This document shows positions 20,244 to 31,264 of a DNA stretch of 64,000 nt, in pieces. The notes beneath the pieces were generated by a model that was not told where the DNA came from, searched no databases, and worked only from the letters and a program-made list of their open reading frames with translations. The first letter of the stretch is position 1. Every line of letters begins with the position of its first letter. Origin of the DNA: Gemmatimonadales bacterium (GTDB lineage Bacteria; Gemmatimonadota; Gemmatimonadetes; Gemmatimonadales; GWC2-71-9); contig JBDIWC010000004.1 in the NCBI GenBank assembly GCA_039794085.1, positions 64,095 to 128,094 of the forward strand. The letters run 5' to 3'. The translations under genes and the position numbers were made by a program.

Positions 20244-22424
20244 GTGGCCCGTTCCCCGATGTCGTCCGCCGCCCCCTTTTCCGCTGCCCTCCCCCTGCCT
20301 TCCCCCACGGAACGGGTCGATGAGTTCTACGGCAGCGACGTGTTCAGCCGCCGGGTGATGCGGCAGCGGCTTCCGCGCGAGGTCTACCGAAGCCTCCTCC
20401 GGACCATCGATCACGGGGAACCCCTCGACCCCCAGGTGGCCGACGTCGTGGCCGCCGCTATGAAGGACTGGGCCATCGAACGGGGAGCCACGCACTTCAC
20501 CCACTGGTTCCAGCCGCTCACCGGGCTCACCGCCGAGAAGCACGACTCGCTCGTCTCCTCCGATGGTGCGGGGGGCGTCACCTTCAACTTTTCCGGCAGT
20601 GAACTGGTGCAGGGGGAACCGGATGCATCGAGTTTTCCCTCGGGCGGCCTGCGCGCCACCTTCGAGGCCCGGGGATATACTGCCTGGGATCCGACCAGCC
20701 CCGCCTTCGTGATCCGCGGCGAGAACAACGTCACCCTCTGTATTCCGACCGGGTTCGTCTCGTGGACCGGCCAGGCGCTCGACACCAAGATCCCCCTCCT
20801 CCGGTCGATGGAGGCGCTCTCCCGGCAGGCCATGCGCATTCTCAAGCTCTTCGGTACCGATGCCGGCGTGAGCCGCGTCATCACCACCGTCGGGCCGGAG
20901 CAGGAGTACTTCCTGGTGGACCGGGAGCTCTTCTACCGGCGCCCCGATCTGGTCACCTGCGAGCGGACGCTGTTCGGCGCCCGTCCGCCAAAGGGCCAGC
21001 AGCTCGAAGATCACTACTTCGGGACCATCCCCCCGCGGGTGCTCGCGTTCATGGCCGAAGCGGAGCGGGAACTCTGGCGGCTTGGGGTGCCGGTCAAGAC
21101 CCGGCACAACGAGGTGGCCCCCGGCCAGTATGAGATCGCGCCCCTCTTCGAGGCGAGCCACCTCGCGAGTGACCACCAGATGCTGTTGATGGAGACGCTG
21201 AAGCGGGTGGCGCCCCGGTACGGTCTGTCGGCGATCCTGCACGAAAAGCCCTTTGCCGGCGTCAACGGCTCCGGGAAGCACAATAACTGGGCAATGGCTA
21301 CCGACACCGGGGTCAACCTGCTCGACCCCCAGGACGAGACCCACACCAACATGCAGTTTCTCGTCTTCCTCTGCGCCACGGTCCGTGCGGTGGACCTCCA
21401 CGCCGATCTGCTCCGGGCCGCCATCGCGAGTGCCGGCAACGATCACCGGCTCGGCGCCAATGAGGCCCCACCGGCGATCATCTCCATCTTCCTCGGCAGC
21501 ATGCTGAGCGACATCCTGGACCAGGTGGAGAAGGGACTCCCCAACCGGACCCTTCGGGGAGGCACCATCGACCTCGGCGCCCGAACCATGCCGCAGATCC
21601 CGCGGCACTCGGGGGACCGGAACCGCACCTCGCCCTTTGCCTTCACCGGCAACAAGTTCGAGTTCCGCGCGGTGGGCTCCACGGCCAGCATCGCCTGGCC
21701 CAACACGGTGCTGAACCTGATCGTCACGGATTCGTTGGATCATGTCGCAACCGAATTGGAGAAGGCCGTTGGCAAGAATCCCACCCCAGCCAAGCTGCAT
21801 GCGGCTGTGCTGAAAGTGCTGAAGGGTGTGATCGGAGCCCACAAGCGGGTCATTTTCGACGGAGACAATTACGCCCCGGAATGGCACGCCGAGGCGAAGA
21901 AGCGGGGCCTCCCGCGGTTCGACGAGTCGGTGGAAGCCCTGGCGACGCTGACTTCGCGGAAGAACCTCGACCTCTTCCGGAAATACGGTGTGCTCGACAA
22001 GGCCGAGCTGGAGTCCCGCAGCCACATCGCGCTGGAAAAATACGTCAAGCAGCTCACCATCGAGGCGGAAATGATGGCGACGATGGCCCGGACCCAGATC
22101 CTGCCGGCCGCGCTGGTCCACCAGACTCGCGTGGCGGGTGCGGTGGCCGCCACGAAAGCGGCCGGGGTCGACGCGCCCGAAACCCGGGAGGCACTCGTCC
22201 GGTTTGTCGAGGGCGTCGCGACGCTCCGCGCCCGGACCACCGCCCTGGAGGAGGCGATCACGGTGGAACACCACGGCGACCCCCTGGCCGATGCCCGCCA
22301 CATCCGGACCGTGGTGCGTCCCGCCATGGTCGCCGTGCGGGAGATTGCCGACCAGCTGGAAACGGTGGTGGCCGCCGATCTCTGGCCGCTGCCGACCTAC
22401 CGGGAGTTGCTGTTGCTCAAATAG
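20244..22424 (+). CDS. Glutamine synthetase type III
   Basis: [71 protein letters not shown] before GTG 20244. Confidence 0.95.
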   Translation: MARSPMSSAAPFSAALPLPSPTERVDEFYGSDVFSRRVMRQRLPREVYRSLLRTIDHGEPLDPQVADVVAAAMKDWAIERGATHFTHWFQPLTGLTAEKHDSLVSSDGAGGVTFNFSGSELVQGEPDASSFPSGGLRATFEARGYTAWDPTSPAFVIRGENNVTLCIPTGFVSWTGQALDTKIPLLRSMEALSRQAMRILKLFGTDAGVSRVITTVGPEQEYFLVDRELFYRRPDLVTCERTLFGARPPKGQQLEDHYFGTIPPRVLAFMAEAERELWRLGVPVKTRHNEVAPGQYEIAPLFEASHLASDHQMLLMETLKRVAPRYGLSAILHEKPFAGVNGSGKHNNWAMATDTGVNLLDPQDETHTNMQFLVFLCATVRAVDLHADLLRAAIASAGNDHRLGANEAPPAIISIFLGSMLSDILDQVEKGLPNRTLRGGTIDLGARTMPQIPRHSGDRNRTSPFAFTGNKFEFRAVGSTASIAWPNTVLNLIVTDSLDHVATELEKAVGKNPTPAKLHAAVLKVLKGVIGAHKRVIFDGDNYAPEWHAEAKKRGLPRFDESVEALATLTSRKNLDLFRKYGVLDKAELESRSHIALEKYVKQLTIEAEMMATMARTQILPAALVHQTRVAGAVAATKAAGVDAPETREALVRFVEGVATLRARTTALEEAITVEHHGDPLADARHIRTVVRPAMVAVREIADQLETVVAADLWPLPTYRELLLLK

Positions 22425-22565
22425 GAGGACATAGGACATAGGACGTAGGACATAGGACATAAGACGGTAGGGGCAGTGGGCGCCACCCCCGACGGAGTCA
22501 TCCCGAGGGCAAGGCCCGAGGGATCTGTGGAGGCGACTGGTGTACTTCACGCCGGCTGCGGCCAC
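22425..22565 (+). repeat. Composite element: TAGGACR heptamers x6, degenerate GTAG REP, GTCATCCCGAG..GAGGGATCT palindrome
   Basis: Array 22425-22466; palindrome and following ~40 nt are homologous to 26263-26335. Confidence 0.8.
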
Positions 22566-22646
22566 CCGTGCCCGTCTCTTGACGCAGAGGGAAGCGACGC
22601 GGAGATTCACCCCGAGCCCCACCGCCCCTTCACCGAGGCTGACATC

Positions 22647-23456
22647 ATGCCATCGACCCGTCTCCCCTTCGTGTGCACCTCGGGATTCCTCCTGCTTGTC
22701 GCGGCGTGCCAGCCGGCTCCCCTCGTCCCGTTCGACCTCGCCCGGGTTCGGATGGTCGACCTCACCCACCCGCTCAACACCTCCACCATCTTCTGGCCCA
22801 CCTCCCCGACCCGATTCACGCTCGACACCCTGAGCAACGGAATCAGCCCGGGTGGGTGGTTCTACGCCGCCAACACCTTCGCCTCCCCGGAGCATGGCGG
22901 GACCCACCTCGACGCGCCACGGCACTTCGCTGACGGTCAGGCGACCACCGACCAGGTGCCGCTGCAGCGACTCGTGGCCCCGGCCGTAGTGCTCGACGTG
23001 ACCGACTCGGCGAATGCCAACCCCGACTACCTTCTCTCCGTAGCCGACATCGAGGCCTTCGAACGGCAACACGGCGCCATTCCCCGCGGAGCCATCGTCC
23101 TGCTCCGCAGCGGATGGAGCACCCGCTGGCCCGACGTCCGTCGCTACCTCGGCGACGACACCCCCGGCGACGCCTCCCGTCTCCATTTCCCCAGCTTCGG
23201 TCTCGACGCCGCCCGCCTTCTGGTGGAACAACGTCAGGTGGCCGCTCTCGGCGCCGATGTCGCCTCGATCGATTACGGACCCTCCACCGATTTCGCGGTG
23301 CACCGGCTGGCCGCAGCCGCCGGCGTTCCAGGCCTCGAGAACCTCACCCAGCTCGACACCCTGCCTCCCACGGGGGCCCTTGTGATCGCGCTTCCGATCA
23401 AGATCGAAGGGGGATCCGGCGGCCCGGTCCGCGTGATCGCTCTGGTGCCCCGCTAG
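22647..23456 (+). CDS. Cyclase family (kynurenine formamidase-like) lipoprotein
   Basis: LLLVAAC lipobox; VDLTHPL, EHGGTHLDAPRHF, GLENL, GGSGGPVRVIA. Confidence 0.9.
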   Translation: MPSTRLPFVCTSGFLLLVAACQPAPLVPFDLARVRMVDLTHPLNTSTIFWPTSPTRFTLDTLSNGISPGGWFYAANTFASPEHGGTHLDAPRHFADGQATTDQVPLQRLVAPAVVLDVTDSANANPDYLLSVADIEAFERQHGAIPRGAIVLLRSGWSTRWPDVRRYLGDDTPGDASRLHFPSFGLDAARLLVEQRQVAALGADVASIDYGPSTDFAVHRLAAAAGVPGLENLTQLDTLPPTGALVIALPIKIEGGSGGPVRVIALVPR

Positions 23457-23483
23457 GCGTCCCATACCCGATGCGTACTCTAC

Positions 23484-23577
23484 CCGTACCCGTACACGTA
23501 CTCGATCGCAGGTCCTGTCGTGACCACGAAAGATGGCGCCACTTCGTGAACGTGTACGCGTCGGTGTACGGGTACGG
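23484..23577. repeat. Inverted repeat built from CGTACN hexamers
   Basis: CCGTACCCGTACAC (23484-23497) / GTGTACGGGTACGG (23564-23577); inner CACGAA/TTCGTG. Confidence 0.75.
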
Positions 23578-23647
23578 ACCTCACCTCACGACCCCTTCCG
23601 GGGCCCCCCGGGATGAAGATTACGCTCCAACCCCGTAGATTCCCTGC

Positions 23648-24358
23648 ATGCTCAAGAATTCAGTCGCCCTGGTCACCGGGGCCACCGAGGGCATCGGGCG
23701 GGCCATCGCCTTTGCCCTGGGGCGCGAGGGTGCCGCCGTCGGGGTCTGCGCCCGCACTCCGGAGCGGGTCACCGCTCTCCTCGCCGAACTCGCCGCCGCC
23801 AAGATCCGGTCCGCGGGGCTCCCCACCGATGTCGGGGATCCCGACGCGGTGGCAGCCTGCGTGGCCGAGGTCGAGAAGACTCTGGGTCCGGTGGATGTCC
23901 TGGTGAACAACGCCGGCGTGGCCCGGCTCTCCCGGTTCGAGGAAATGAGCCTGGACCAGTGGGATGAGACGATGCGCACCAACGTGCGGAGCCTCTTCCT
24001 GGTCACCCGGCTCGTCCTGCCGGGAATGCGGGCCCGGAAGCGGGGTTCCATCATCAACGTGGCGAGCCTGGCCGGACGGAATGGCTTTGTCGGCGGAACC
24101 GCCTACGCCGCCTCGAAGCACGCCGTGCTCGGCTTCAGCCGGTCCCTGATGCTGGAGACGCGCAAGGACGACATCCGGGTCATCGCCATTTGCCCCGGTT
24201 CAGTCGACACTCCGCTCATCCACCAGCAGGATATCTTTCCCGCCGATCCCGATCGAATCCTCAAACCCGAGGACATCGCGGAGGTGGTGCTGGGGGCCCT
24301 CCGACTCCCTCCGCGGGCGCTGGTGAGTGAACTCGACATCCGGCCCACCAATCCGTGA
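23648..24358 (+). CDS. SDR-family oxidoreductase
   Basis: TGATEGIG, NNAG, YAASK. Confidence 0.93.
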   Translation: MLKNSVALVTGATEGIGRAIAFALGREGAAVGVCARTPERVTALLAELAAAKIRSAGLPTDVGDPDAVAACVAEVEKTLGPVDVLVNNAGVARLSRFEEMSLDQWDETMRTNVRSLFLVTRLVLPGMRARKRGSIINVASLAGRNGFVGGTAYAASKHAVLGFSRSLMLETRKDDIRVIAICPGSVDTPLIHQQDIFPADPDRILKPEDIAEVVLGALRLPPRALVSELDIRPTNP

Positions 24359-24368
24359 GTCGTCCCCG

Positions 24369-24575
24369 GTGATCACCGTCGACCGCTGCCTCTGCCGTGG
24401 CATCGCCTTCGCCGAAGTGCACCACCGGGCGGCGGCAGGCAGTTGGTCACTGGAGACGCTCATGCGGGAAACCGGATGCGGTTTGCAGTGCGGCCTCTGC
24501 CGCCCCTACCTCGCGGAGATGTTGCGCACCGGCCGGACCGTCTTTCACACCCTGCTCCCGGCTGTCGAGGGATGA
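24369..24575 (+). CDS. BFD-like (2Fe-2S)-binding protein
   Basis: CLC ... TGCGLQCGLC. Confidence 0.8.
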   Translation: MITVDRCLCRGIAFAEVHHRAAAGSWSLETLMRETGCGLQCGLCRPYLAEMLRTGRTVFHTLLPAVEG

Positions 24576-26119
24576 GTCCGACCGGAGACCGGGGCGGGTG
24601 GCGCCAGTTCCTCCGGCCGGCGCCCCTCACGGTAGCGGCCATCATCACCGGGTGGGTCGGGGTCTGGTTCATCTGGCAGGGTCACGCTATCGCCTTTCTG
24701 CTCCCGGCCGCCGCCACCCTTTTCGCGTTGACCGCCCTCCAGCGGGGGAGAGCGCTGGGGCGCGTGCGGCAGCGTTCCCTCATGGATGCCCTGGCCGCCG
24801 TCGAGGCTCACAATCGCGAGTTGGACGGGCTCCGGACACTCGCCGGGACCATGCTGGCGGTCCGGACCCGCGAGGAGCTCTTCACCGAAGTGACCCGGGG
24901 AGCGCAGCGCCTCCTGCAGTGCGAGGGGAGTGCCTTGCTGCTGCTCGTGGAGGAAGGGAGGTTCCTCAAGGTGATGGCGGCGGAGGGGGACATGCAGCGG
25001 GTGACGGGGGCGTTGTTTCCCGTCGACCACAGCCTGACCGGATGGGTGGTCACCCATGATGAGCCGGTGATCTGCCCCGACCTCCAGAGTGATCCACGGC
25101 TGTACCAGGTCCCGGAGCTGGAGGGCCACCTGTACAACGGGGTGCTCGCGCCGCTTCGGTCCTCGGGGCTCGTGCTTGGAGTCCTCTCGGTGTACAACCG
25201 GGCGGAACCCGGGTTTACCCCACATGACCGGCAACTGCTGCAGACCCTCGCGGACCAGGTGACATTCGGCCTCGACCGGGTCACCGTGCTGGAGGAGAGT
25301 CGGAAGAGCGAACAGGCCCTCGCGGTCAAGAACCGGGAACTGGAACAGGCCACCCGTCTCAAGAGCGAGTTCCTGGCCAACATGTCCCATGAGCTGCGGA
25401 CCCCCCTGAACGCGATCATCGGGTTCAGCGATCTTCTCCTGACGGGGGAGATGAACGGGGACGAGCAGAAGGAATTCCTCGAGTCCATCTCGCGGAACGG
25501 GACCCACCTCCTCGGCCTCATCAACAACATTCTCGACCTGTCCAAGATCGAAGCGGGGCGGATGACCCAGACGCTGGGGACCGTGGATCTCAAGGTGGCC
25601 CTCCAGTCCGCGGCGACGGATACGGCCTCCCTCCGGTCCGCCCGACGGCAACGGAGCGTGATCGATCTGGACCAAGGTCCCCTGGAGATCCACGCGGATG
25701 GTCTCCGTATTCGGCAGATCCTGCTCAACCTCCTTGCCAACGCATCGAAGTTCACTCCCGAAGAGGGAGAGATTTCTCTGCGGGCCGTGATGACCGAGGC
25801 CCCGTTGCCGGTTCCCGCGGGACGCGCCGGGGACAAGCCGAGACTGGTGACCCGGAAGGCGGTCTGGGTGGCCGTCACCGACACCGGAATCGGAATCACT
25901 CCCGAGGATCAGGCCCGACTCTTCGAGCCGTTCAGTCAGGTGGACAGTTCGGCGAGTCGCCGGAATCAGGGCACAGGACTCGGCCTGGCGCTCTGCAAAC
26001 AGTTCGTGGAGATGCACGGTGGGACCATCGGTGTCGAGTCACTGCCGGGGAAGGGAAGCACCTTCTGGTTCCTGCTGCCGGTCGACGGCCCGATGCGACG
26101 GAGCGGGAGCGATGCGTGA
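24572..26119 (+). CDS. Membrane GAF sensor histidine kinase
   Basis: Two TM, GAF, FLANMSHELRTPLN, NLLANASKFT, DTGIGI, GTGLGLA. Confidence 0.94.
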   Translation: MSPTGDRGGWRQFLRPAPLTVAAIITGWVGVWFIWQGHAIAFLLPAAATLFALTALQRGRALGRVRQRSLMDALAAVEAHNRELDGLRTLAGTMLAVRTREELFTEVTRGAQRLLQCEGSALLLLVEEGRFLKVMAAEGDMQRVTGALFPVDHSLTGWVVTHDEPVICPDLQSDPRLYQVPELEGHLYNGVLAPLRSSGLVLGVLSVYNRAEPGFTPHDRQLLQTLADQVTFGLDRVTVLEESRKSEQALAVKNRELEQATRLKSEFLANMSHELRTPLNAIIGFSDLLLTGEMNGDEQKEFLESISRNGTHLLGLINNILDLSKIEAGRMTQTLGTVDLKVALQSAATDTASLRSARRQRSVIDLDQGPLEIHADGLRIRQILLNLLANASKFTPEEGEISLRAVMTEAPLPVPAGRAGDKPRLVTRKAVWVAVTDTGIGITPEDQARLFEPFSQVDSSASRRNQGTGLGLALCKQFVEMHGGTIGVESLPGKGSTFWFLLPVDGPMRRSGSDA

Positions 26120-26135
26120 GGAGGGACGGAAGTCA

Positions 26136-26512
26136 TAGGACATAGGACATAGGACATAGGACATGTCGGAGTTGTAGGGAGTAGGGTGTAGGGGCGAACG
26201 GCGTTCGCCCGGTCGGTAGGTGGAAACGACAAGCGATAGCAGTGGGGAACCGGAACAACCACCGGAGTCATCCCGAGCCGCAGGCGAGGGATCTGTGGAG
26301 GTTGGATGGTGCACTTCCCGTCGGCCGCGTCCACTGCCGCTGGCTTGTGATGTCTGGCATCGGAATCCGAACGACGGGAAGGACACCCGCCGGTCGCCAC
26401 AGATTCCTCACTAACTGCCCATGCCCTATGTCCTGGGTCCTGCGTCCTGCGTCCTGCGTCCTGCGTCCTACGTCCTGCGTCCTACGTCCTGCGTCCTACG
26501 TCCTACGTCCTG
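26136..26512. repeat. Composite intergenic element with inward-facing heptamer arrays
   Basis: TAGGACA x4 (26136-26163); GTAG heptamers; REP GTAGGGGCGAACGGCGTTCGCCC (26188-26210); GTCATCCCGAG palindrome (~26267-26295); YGTCCTR-type x13 (26422-26512). Confidence 0.88.
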
Positions 26513-28046
26513 TTCCTGCCGCCACTGGAAAGGCTTCCCGCCGGAGCACCTCGAGATGGGGGGCCAGGAGGTCCGCACACTGCTGGGCCACGGCCACGGT
26601 TGACCGATCGCCGGCGCTCCGAATCCCACCGAGTCGCATCACGCCGATGGCCCGGCCGGCCATCCGAAGCGGCACGACCAGGGTGGTCCCCCATTCTCCG
26701 CTCTCCTCGAACCCGTGGGGCTGTGTTCCGCCCGCGACGGCTCCCCGCAGCGTGCCGTGCCCCGACAGGCGGGGGAGGTCGGCGAGGGGACGAGTGTCAC
26801 CCGGCTCCAGCAGGGCCAGTTGTCCCTCCTCCTCCCCGGTGCGAAGCGCAAGGTCGAGGTGGTCGAACGGGAGAAGCAGACGCACAGTGCCGGCGAACTC
26901 ACGCAGGGCGTCTCCCCAGCGTGCCGTTGTGGCCAGCAGGTGGATCGCCTCGGCGATGCGAACGCCGGGATCGAGGCTGGCCGACGCGCCCGGTTCCCGG
27001 GATCGCCGGGCAATCTCCAGCTCGATCGCCAGGTGCAGCGCCTGGACCCGCGGCGCCACGCTCGTGGCGATGATCTCCGCGATGGGTTCGTCGGTTCCCT
27101 GAAACTGGTCCACCGACATGCCGCCCAGGAAGAGGTAGCCCACCGTCCGGTCCGCCACCTGAAGCCGAGCTCCGAGAAAGGAGCGGATTCGTCGGCCCTC
27201 CCGGCTCTCCAGATAGGTGGGCCAGATCACCGATCCTCCCAGCTCGCGCAGATCGCGGATCGTCAGGGCGCGCACATCACCGATCGTGTCGATCAGAGTC
27301 TCCATCATTCGACGCGTGGAACCGCTCTCGCTCTGGGCGATACCCCATCGCCGCCGTCCCGCGGGAGCGCTCAGCAGATGCCACCCCCCGGGTTCTCCCG
27401 CCACCAGTTCCAGCCGGTCGTGGGGCAGCACGCCGTGCACGATGCCGGAGACGAGGCGGACGAGTTCACTCCCGGTCAAAGCGCGCGTGGCGGCCACGCC
27501 CAATCGCTCCGGAAGCGTCTCCAGGGTGACTCCCTCCGCGAGCGGATCGCCCGAGAGGATCGGAGGTGATTCGGCGAGCCGGCGAAAGGTCTGCGCCAGC
27601 GCTCGGGCCATCTGCTGCAGGCCGAACGCCTGGGGAGGACCGTACCGTCCCTGCTGCAGGTCCCCCAGAAGGAGAAGGCCGAGGTCGCGGGTGTCGTCCC
27701 CGATCGGGACCGCGATCGCCGATGCGTACCCCGAGGTGCGAAGGAGGTGCTCCAGGTCATACAGTTGATCCTGGGACAGCCGGGGCGAGGGGGGGGAGAG
27801 CAGGATGCGATCCTGCGACAGCGACTCCGGGGCAAGGAGCACACATCCCCCCTCATCCGGAAAGAGCCAGAGTCCCATCAGGTCATGGGGGATCTCCACA
27901 CCGACCAGATTGGAGAGAGCCAGATGCCACGTGGCGATGGCCCCGGGACTGGGTACACCCCCGTCTCCCTCCATTCGAGGCACGGGCACGAGAAAGGTCC
28001 CGCCGGAGAAATCCGAGGCCGGGTGGTCAGCGTGAGAGTCCGACAT
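26496..28046 (-). CDS. Tandem GAF-like domain protein without recognisable output domain
   Basis: Three segments ending in GAF-type strands (AIAVPIG..LGLLLL, FLGARLQVADRTVGYL, LVVPLRMAGRAIGVM). Confidence 0.72.
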   Translation of the reverse strand: MSDSHADHPASDFSGGTFLVPVPRMEGDGGVPSPGAIATWHLALSNLVGVEIPHDLMGLWLFPDEGGCVLLAPESLSQDRILLSPPSPRLSQDQLYDLEHLLRTSGYASAIAVPIGDDTRDLGLLLLGDLQQGRYGPPQAFGLQQMARALAQTFRRLAESPPILSGDPLAEGVTLETLPERLGVAATRALTGSELVRLVSGIVHGVLPHDRLELVAGEPGGWHLLSAPAGRRRWGIAQSESGSTRRMMETLIDTIGDVRALTIRDLRELGGSVIWPTYLESREGRRIRSFLGARLQVADRTVGYLFLGGMSVDQFQGTDEPIAEIIATSVAPRVQALHLAIELEIARRSREPGASASLDPGVRIAEAIHLLATTARWGDALREFAGTVRLLLPFDHLDLALRTGEEEGQLALLEPGDTRPLADLPRLSGHGTLRGAVAGGTQPHGFEESGEWGTTLVVPLRMAGRAIGVMRLGGIRSAGDRSTVAVAQQCADLLAPHLEVLRREAFPVAAGTGRRT

Positions 28047-28185
28047 ATGACAGGAATCGGTGGCAGGAGTCATGCCGAGGGAAGCGGATTACCCAAAGTG
28101 TTTCCATGCAGTGAGTTACGGGTATCCAGCCGACTGCGCATCTGGGCGAGATGCTGGAAAAAGGGCACGAAGCGGTTCGGAAACC

Positions 28186-28230
28186 CCATATTGACACCAT
28201 ATTGACATATACCCCCAGGGGGTATATCTT
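28186..28230 (+). promoter_or_regulatory. Sigma70 promoter with CsoR-type operator
   Basis: TTGACA 28202-28207, 17-nt spacer, TATCTT 28225-28230; palindrome ATATACCCCC-A-GGGGGTATAT 28207-28227. Confidence 0.85.
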
Positions 28231-28260
28231 GTGCCAAGGTACACAACTGGAGCGTTCACC

Positions 28261-28476
28261 ATGACACACCTGGTACTTGAAGTGGATGGCATGAGCTGCG
28301 GGCATTGCATCAGCGCCGTCAATCGTGCCCTGGAAAAGGTTCCAGGGCTCATTGTCCGATCTGTCGCCCTGGGGACCGTGGAAGTGGATCTCGAGGAGGG
28401 TGGGGCCACTCCGGAGCTCCTGATCGCCGCGCTCGCCGACGCGGGGTACCCTGCCACGGTTTCGACGCCCCGATGA
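28261..28476 (+). CDS. copZ: Copper chaperone (HMA)
   Basis: GMSCGHC; GGAG RBS. Confidence 0.9.
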   Translation: MTHLVLEVDGMSCGHCISAVNRALEKVPGLIVRSVALGTVEVDLEEGGATPELLIAALADAGYPATVSTPR

Positions 28477-28889
28477 CGGTGGCCCAGCTCGTGGCCACCG
28501 GCACCGGAGCGATCCTCATCGGTGCCATTCAGTGGTGGTTCTTCCTGGCCGGTCGTCGCAGCGGAGGCGTGCGGGCGGCGACGAGGGACGGGGTGCAGGA
28601 GGTGGCCATCACCGTGGCGGGCGGGTACTCGCCCGATCCGGTCGTGGTCGAGGCGGGCCGGCCGGTGCGCCTCAACTTCCATCGCACCGACACCGATCCG
28701 TGCAGCGAGGAAGTGGTTCTGGGTGACTTTTCTCTCCGGCGGTTTCTCCCGACCGATGAGGTGACCCCCGTGGAGTTCACTCCGGAGCATCCGGGGCGAT
28801 TCGTGTACACCTGTGGAATGGGGATGCTTCGGGGGACGATCGAGGTCGTACCCGCTCACTCCGTCGGGCAGTCGGAGGGATCGGCCTGA
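28473..28889 (+). CDS. Cupredoxin-domain protein (CupA-like)
   Basis: N-terminal [24 protein letters not shown]. Confidence 0.88.
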   Translation: MTVAQLVATGTGAILIGAIQWWFFLAGRRSGGVRAATRDGVQEVAITVAGGYSPDPVVVEAGRPVRLNFHRTDTDPCSEEVVLGDFSLRRFLPTDEVTPVEFTPEHPGRFVYTCGMGMLRGTIEVVPAHSVGQSEGSA

Positions 28890-31264
28890 TGCCCGATCTC
28901 ACCGCACCCGATCCCCCGGAGGTCACCTGCACGATCGATGTGGAGGGGATGACCTGTGCCGCCTGCAGCGGACGGATTCAGCGCCAACTCGAGAAGACCC
29001 CCGGGGTATCGAAAGCCAGTGTCAACCTGATGACCAACTCCGCCACGGTGTCCTTTGATCCGACGGCCACGGCCGCGGAGGGGCTGCTGAAGGTCATCCA
29101 CGAGGCCGGCTACGGGGCAACGTTGCCCGCTCCGGATCGTGGAACGGAGGAGGCCGTGACCGCGCAGGACGAGGCCCGCGCCGCGGAACTCACCACACTC
29201 GGCCGGAAAGTGCTGGTGTCCCTCGTGGCGGCGGTTCTGGCGATGGCAGCCTCGATGCCGCTCGCGGAGGTGACTCCTGGCGGGCATCTCGATCCGCTCA
29301 TGCGGTTCATGATGCCGCTCACCGACCTGATGCGGAGCGTGGTGCCGGGTCTCGACACCGTCACCGCCGACGCCTGGCGCTGGTCTCTGCTCCTCATGAC
29401 AACCCCGATCGTGTTCTGGGCCGGGAGGCACTTCTACACCCGGGCGTGGGCCGCATTCACCCACCACGGCGCTGACATGAACACCCTCGTCGCGGTGGGC
29501 ACCGGCGCCGCGTTCCTGTTCAGCGTGGCGATGACGGTGGCTCCCGGATGGTTCGAGAGCCATGGCGTCCCGCCGATGGTGTACTACGAGGCGGTGGTCT
29601 GGATCATCGCTCTGGTGCTGCTGGGCAACTGGCTCGAGGCCCGTGCCAAGCGCGCCACCAGCGGAGCGATCCGGCGCCTCATCGGTCTTCGGCCCGACAC
29701 CGCGCGGGTGCTCCGCGAGGGCGTCGAGACCGACCTTCCGATCGCCCAGGTCCAGGTGGGTGACGAGATCCTGGTCCGGCCAGGGGAGAGAGTTCCGGTG
29801 GATGGCACCGTGGTGGAGGGGAGCAGCACGGTGGACGAATCGATGCTGACCGGTGAGCCCCTCCCGGTGGCGAAGGCGATGGGGGACGACGTGACCGGTG
29901 GAACCATGAACCGGAGCGGTGCCTTCCGGTTTCGCGCCGTTCGGGTGGGGCGCGACATGGTGCTCTCCCGCATCGTGCAGCTGGTGCAGGAGGCCCAGGG
30001 CAGCAAGGCCCCGATTCAGCGCCTCGCCGACCGGATCTCGGCGGTCTTCGTTCCCATCGTTCTCTCGCTCGCCGTGCTCACCTTCGTGCTCTGGGTGGAC
30101 TTGGGCCCCTCCCCGGCCGGTCTCCGCGCACTCGTGGCCGCGGTGACGGTGCTCATCATCGCCTGTCCCTGTGCCATGGGCCTCGCCGTCCCCACCGCGG
30201 TGATGGTGTCGACCGGGCGCGGCGCCGAGATGGGGGTGCTGATCAAGGGTGGGGAACCGCTGCAGAGACTGCGCGATGTGGACACCGTGGTGCTGGACAA
30301 GACCGGCACCATCACCGAGGGGAACCCGCGCGTGACCGAGGTGGAGGTGCTGGCCGGTGATCTCTCCGAAAACGAGCTCCTCGCCCTGGTGGCCGGGGTG
30401 GAGGCGCGGAGTGAGCATCCCCTGGCCGAGGCGGTGGTGGCCGCCGCCGGAGACCGGGGGCTCTCCCTTCCCTCGATCGCCTCCTTCGACTCGGTGGCGG
30501 GGCGAGGCGTTCGGGGGGAGGTGGCGGGGCGACAGGTACTCGTCGGAACCATCGCCTTTCTGCAAGGGGAGGGTGTGGAGGTGTCGATGTTGCGCGAGCG
30601 GGGACTGGCCCTCGCGGATCTCGGCCGGACACCCGTGCACGTGGCTGTGGACGGCCAACCGGTGGGCCTGCTCGGCATCGCCGATCCGCCGCGGGCCACG
30701 AGTCGTCAGGCGGTGGCCGCCCTGCGCTCCCTGGGACTCGAGGTGCTGATGCTCACCGGGGACCTGCGCCGGACGGCGGAGGCGATGGCGCGCGAGGTGG
30801 GCATCACCCGGGTGGAGGCGGAGGTGCTTCCCGCGGCCAAGCTGGAGGTGATCGAATCCCTCCAGGCCCAGGGACGGGTGGTGGCGATGGTGGGAGACGG
30901 GATCAACGACGCGCCGGCCCTCGCCGCGGCGGATGTCGGCATCGCGATCGGAGGGGGCACCGATGTCGCCGTCGAGGCGGCCGATGTGACCCTGCTCGGC
31001 AGCGACCTGACCGGGGTGGTGCGGGCCATCGCCCTGGCCCGGCATACCATGCGGACCATGCGGCAGAATCTCTTCTGGGCCTTCCTCTATAACACGGCGG
31101 GCATTCCGATAGCGGCCGGCATTCTCTATCAGGCCTTTGGCATTCTCCTCACCCCCACAATGGCCGCCGCCGCCATGGCTCTGAGCTCGGTGACGGTGGT
31201 GGGGAACAGTCTCCGTCTCCGTCACAGCACCTTCTCCCTCCCCGCTTTGGAGTCCGGACGATGA
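28889..31264 (+). CDS. copA: Cu(I)-exporting P1B-type ATPase
   Basis: [25 protein letters not shown] and MALSS. Confidence 0.96.
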   Translation: MPDLTAPDPPEVTCTIDVEGMTCAACSGRIQRQLEKTPGVSKASVNLMTNSATVSFDPTATAAEGLLKVIHEAGYGATLPAPDRGTEEAVTAQDEARAAELTTLGRKVLVSLVAAVLAMAASMPLAEVTPGGHLDPLMRFMMPLTDLMRSVVPGLDTVTADAWRWSLLLMTTPIVFWAGRHFYTRAWAAFTHHGADMNTLVAVGTGAAFLFSVAMTVAPGWFESHGVPPMVYYEAVVWIIALVLLGNWLEARAKRATSGAIRRLIGLRPDTARVLREGVETDLPIAQVQVGDEILVRPGERVPVDGTVVEGSSTVDESMLTGEPLPVAKAMGDDVTGGTMNRSGAFRFRAVRVGRDMVLSRIVQLVQEAQGSKAPIQRLADRISAVFVPIVLSLAVLTFVLWVDLGPSPAGLRALVAAVTVLIIACPCAMGLAVPTAVMVSTGRGAEMGVLIKGGEPLQRLRDVDTVVLDKTGTITEGNPRVTEVEVLAGDLSENELLALVAGVEARSEHPLAEAVVAAAGDRGLSLPSIASFDSVAGRGVRGEVAGRQVLVGTIAFLQGEGVEVSMLRERGLALADLGRTPVHVAVDGQPVGLLGIADPPRATSRQAVAALRSLGLEVLMLTGDLRRTAEAMAREVGITRVEAEVLPAAKLEVIESLQAQGRVVAMVGDGINDAPALAAADVGIAIGGGTDVAVEAADVTLLGSDLTGVVRAIALARHTMRTMRQNLFWAFLYNTAGIPIAAGILYQAFGILLTPTMAAAAMALSSVTVVGNSLRLRHSTFSLPALESGR

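Noticed and set aside
20190..23465. 1091-aa minus-strand ORF
   Set aside because: High-GC antisense shadow of GSIII and the cyclase.
26242..27102. ORFs with VLRPASC/VLRPTSY repeats
   Set aside because: Translation products of the heptamer array and antisense to the GAF protein.
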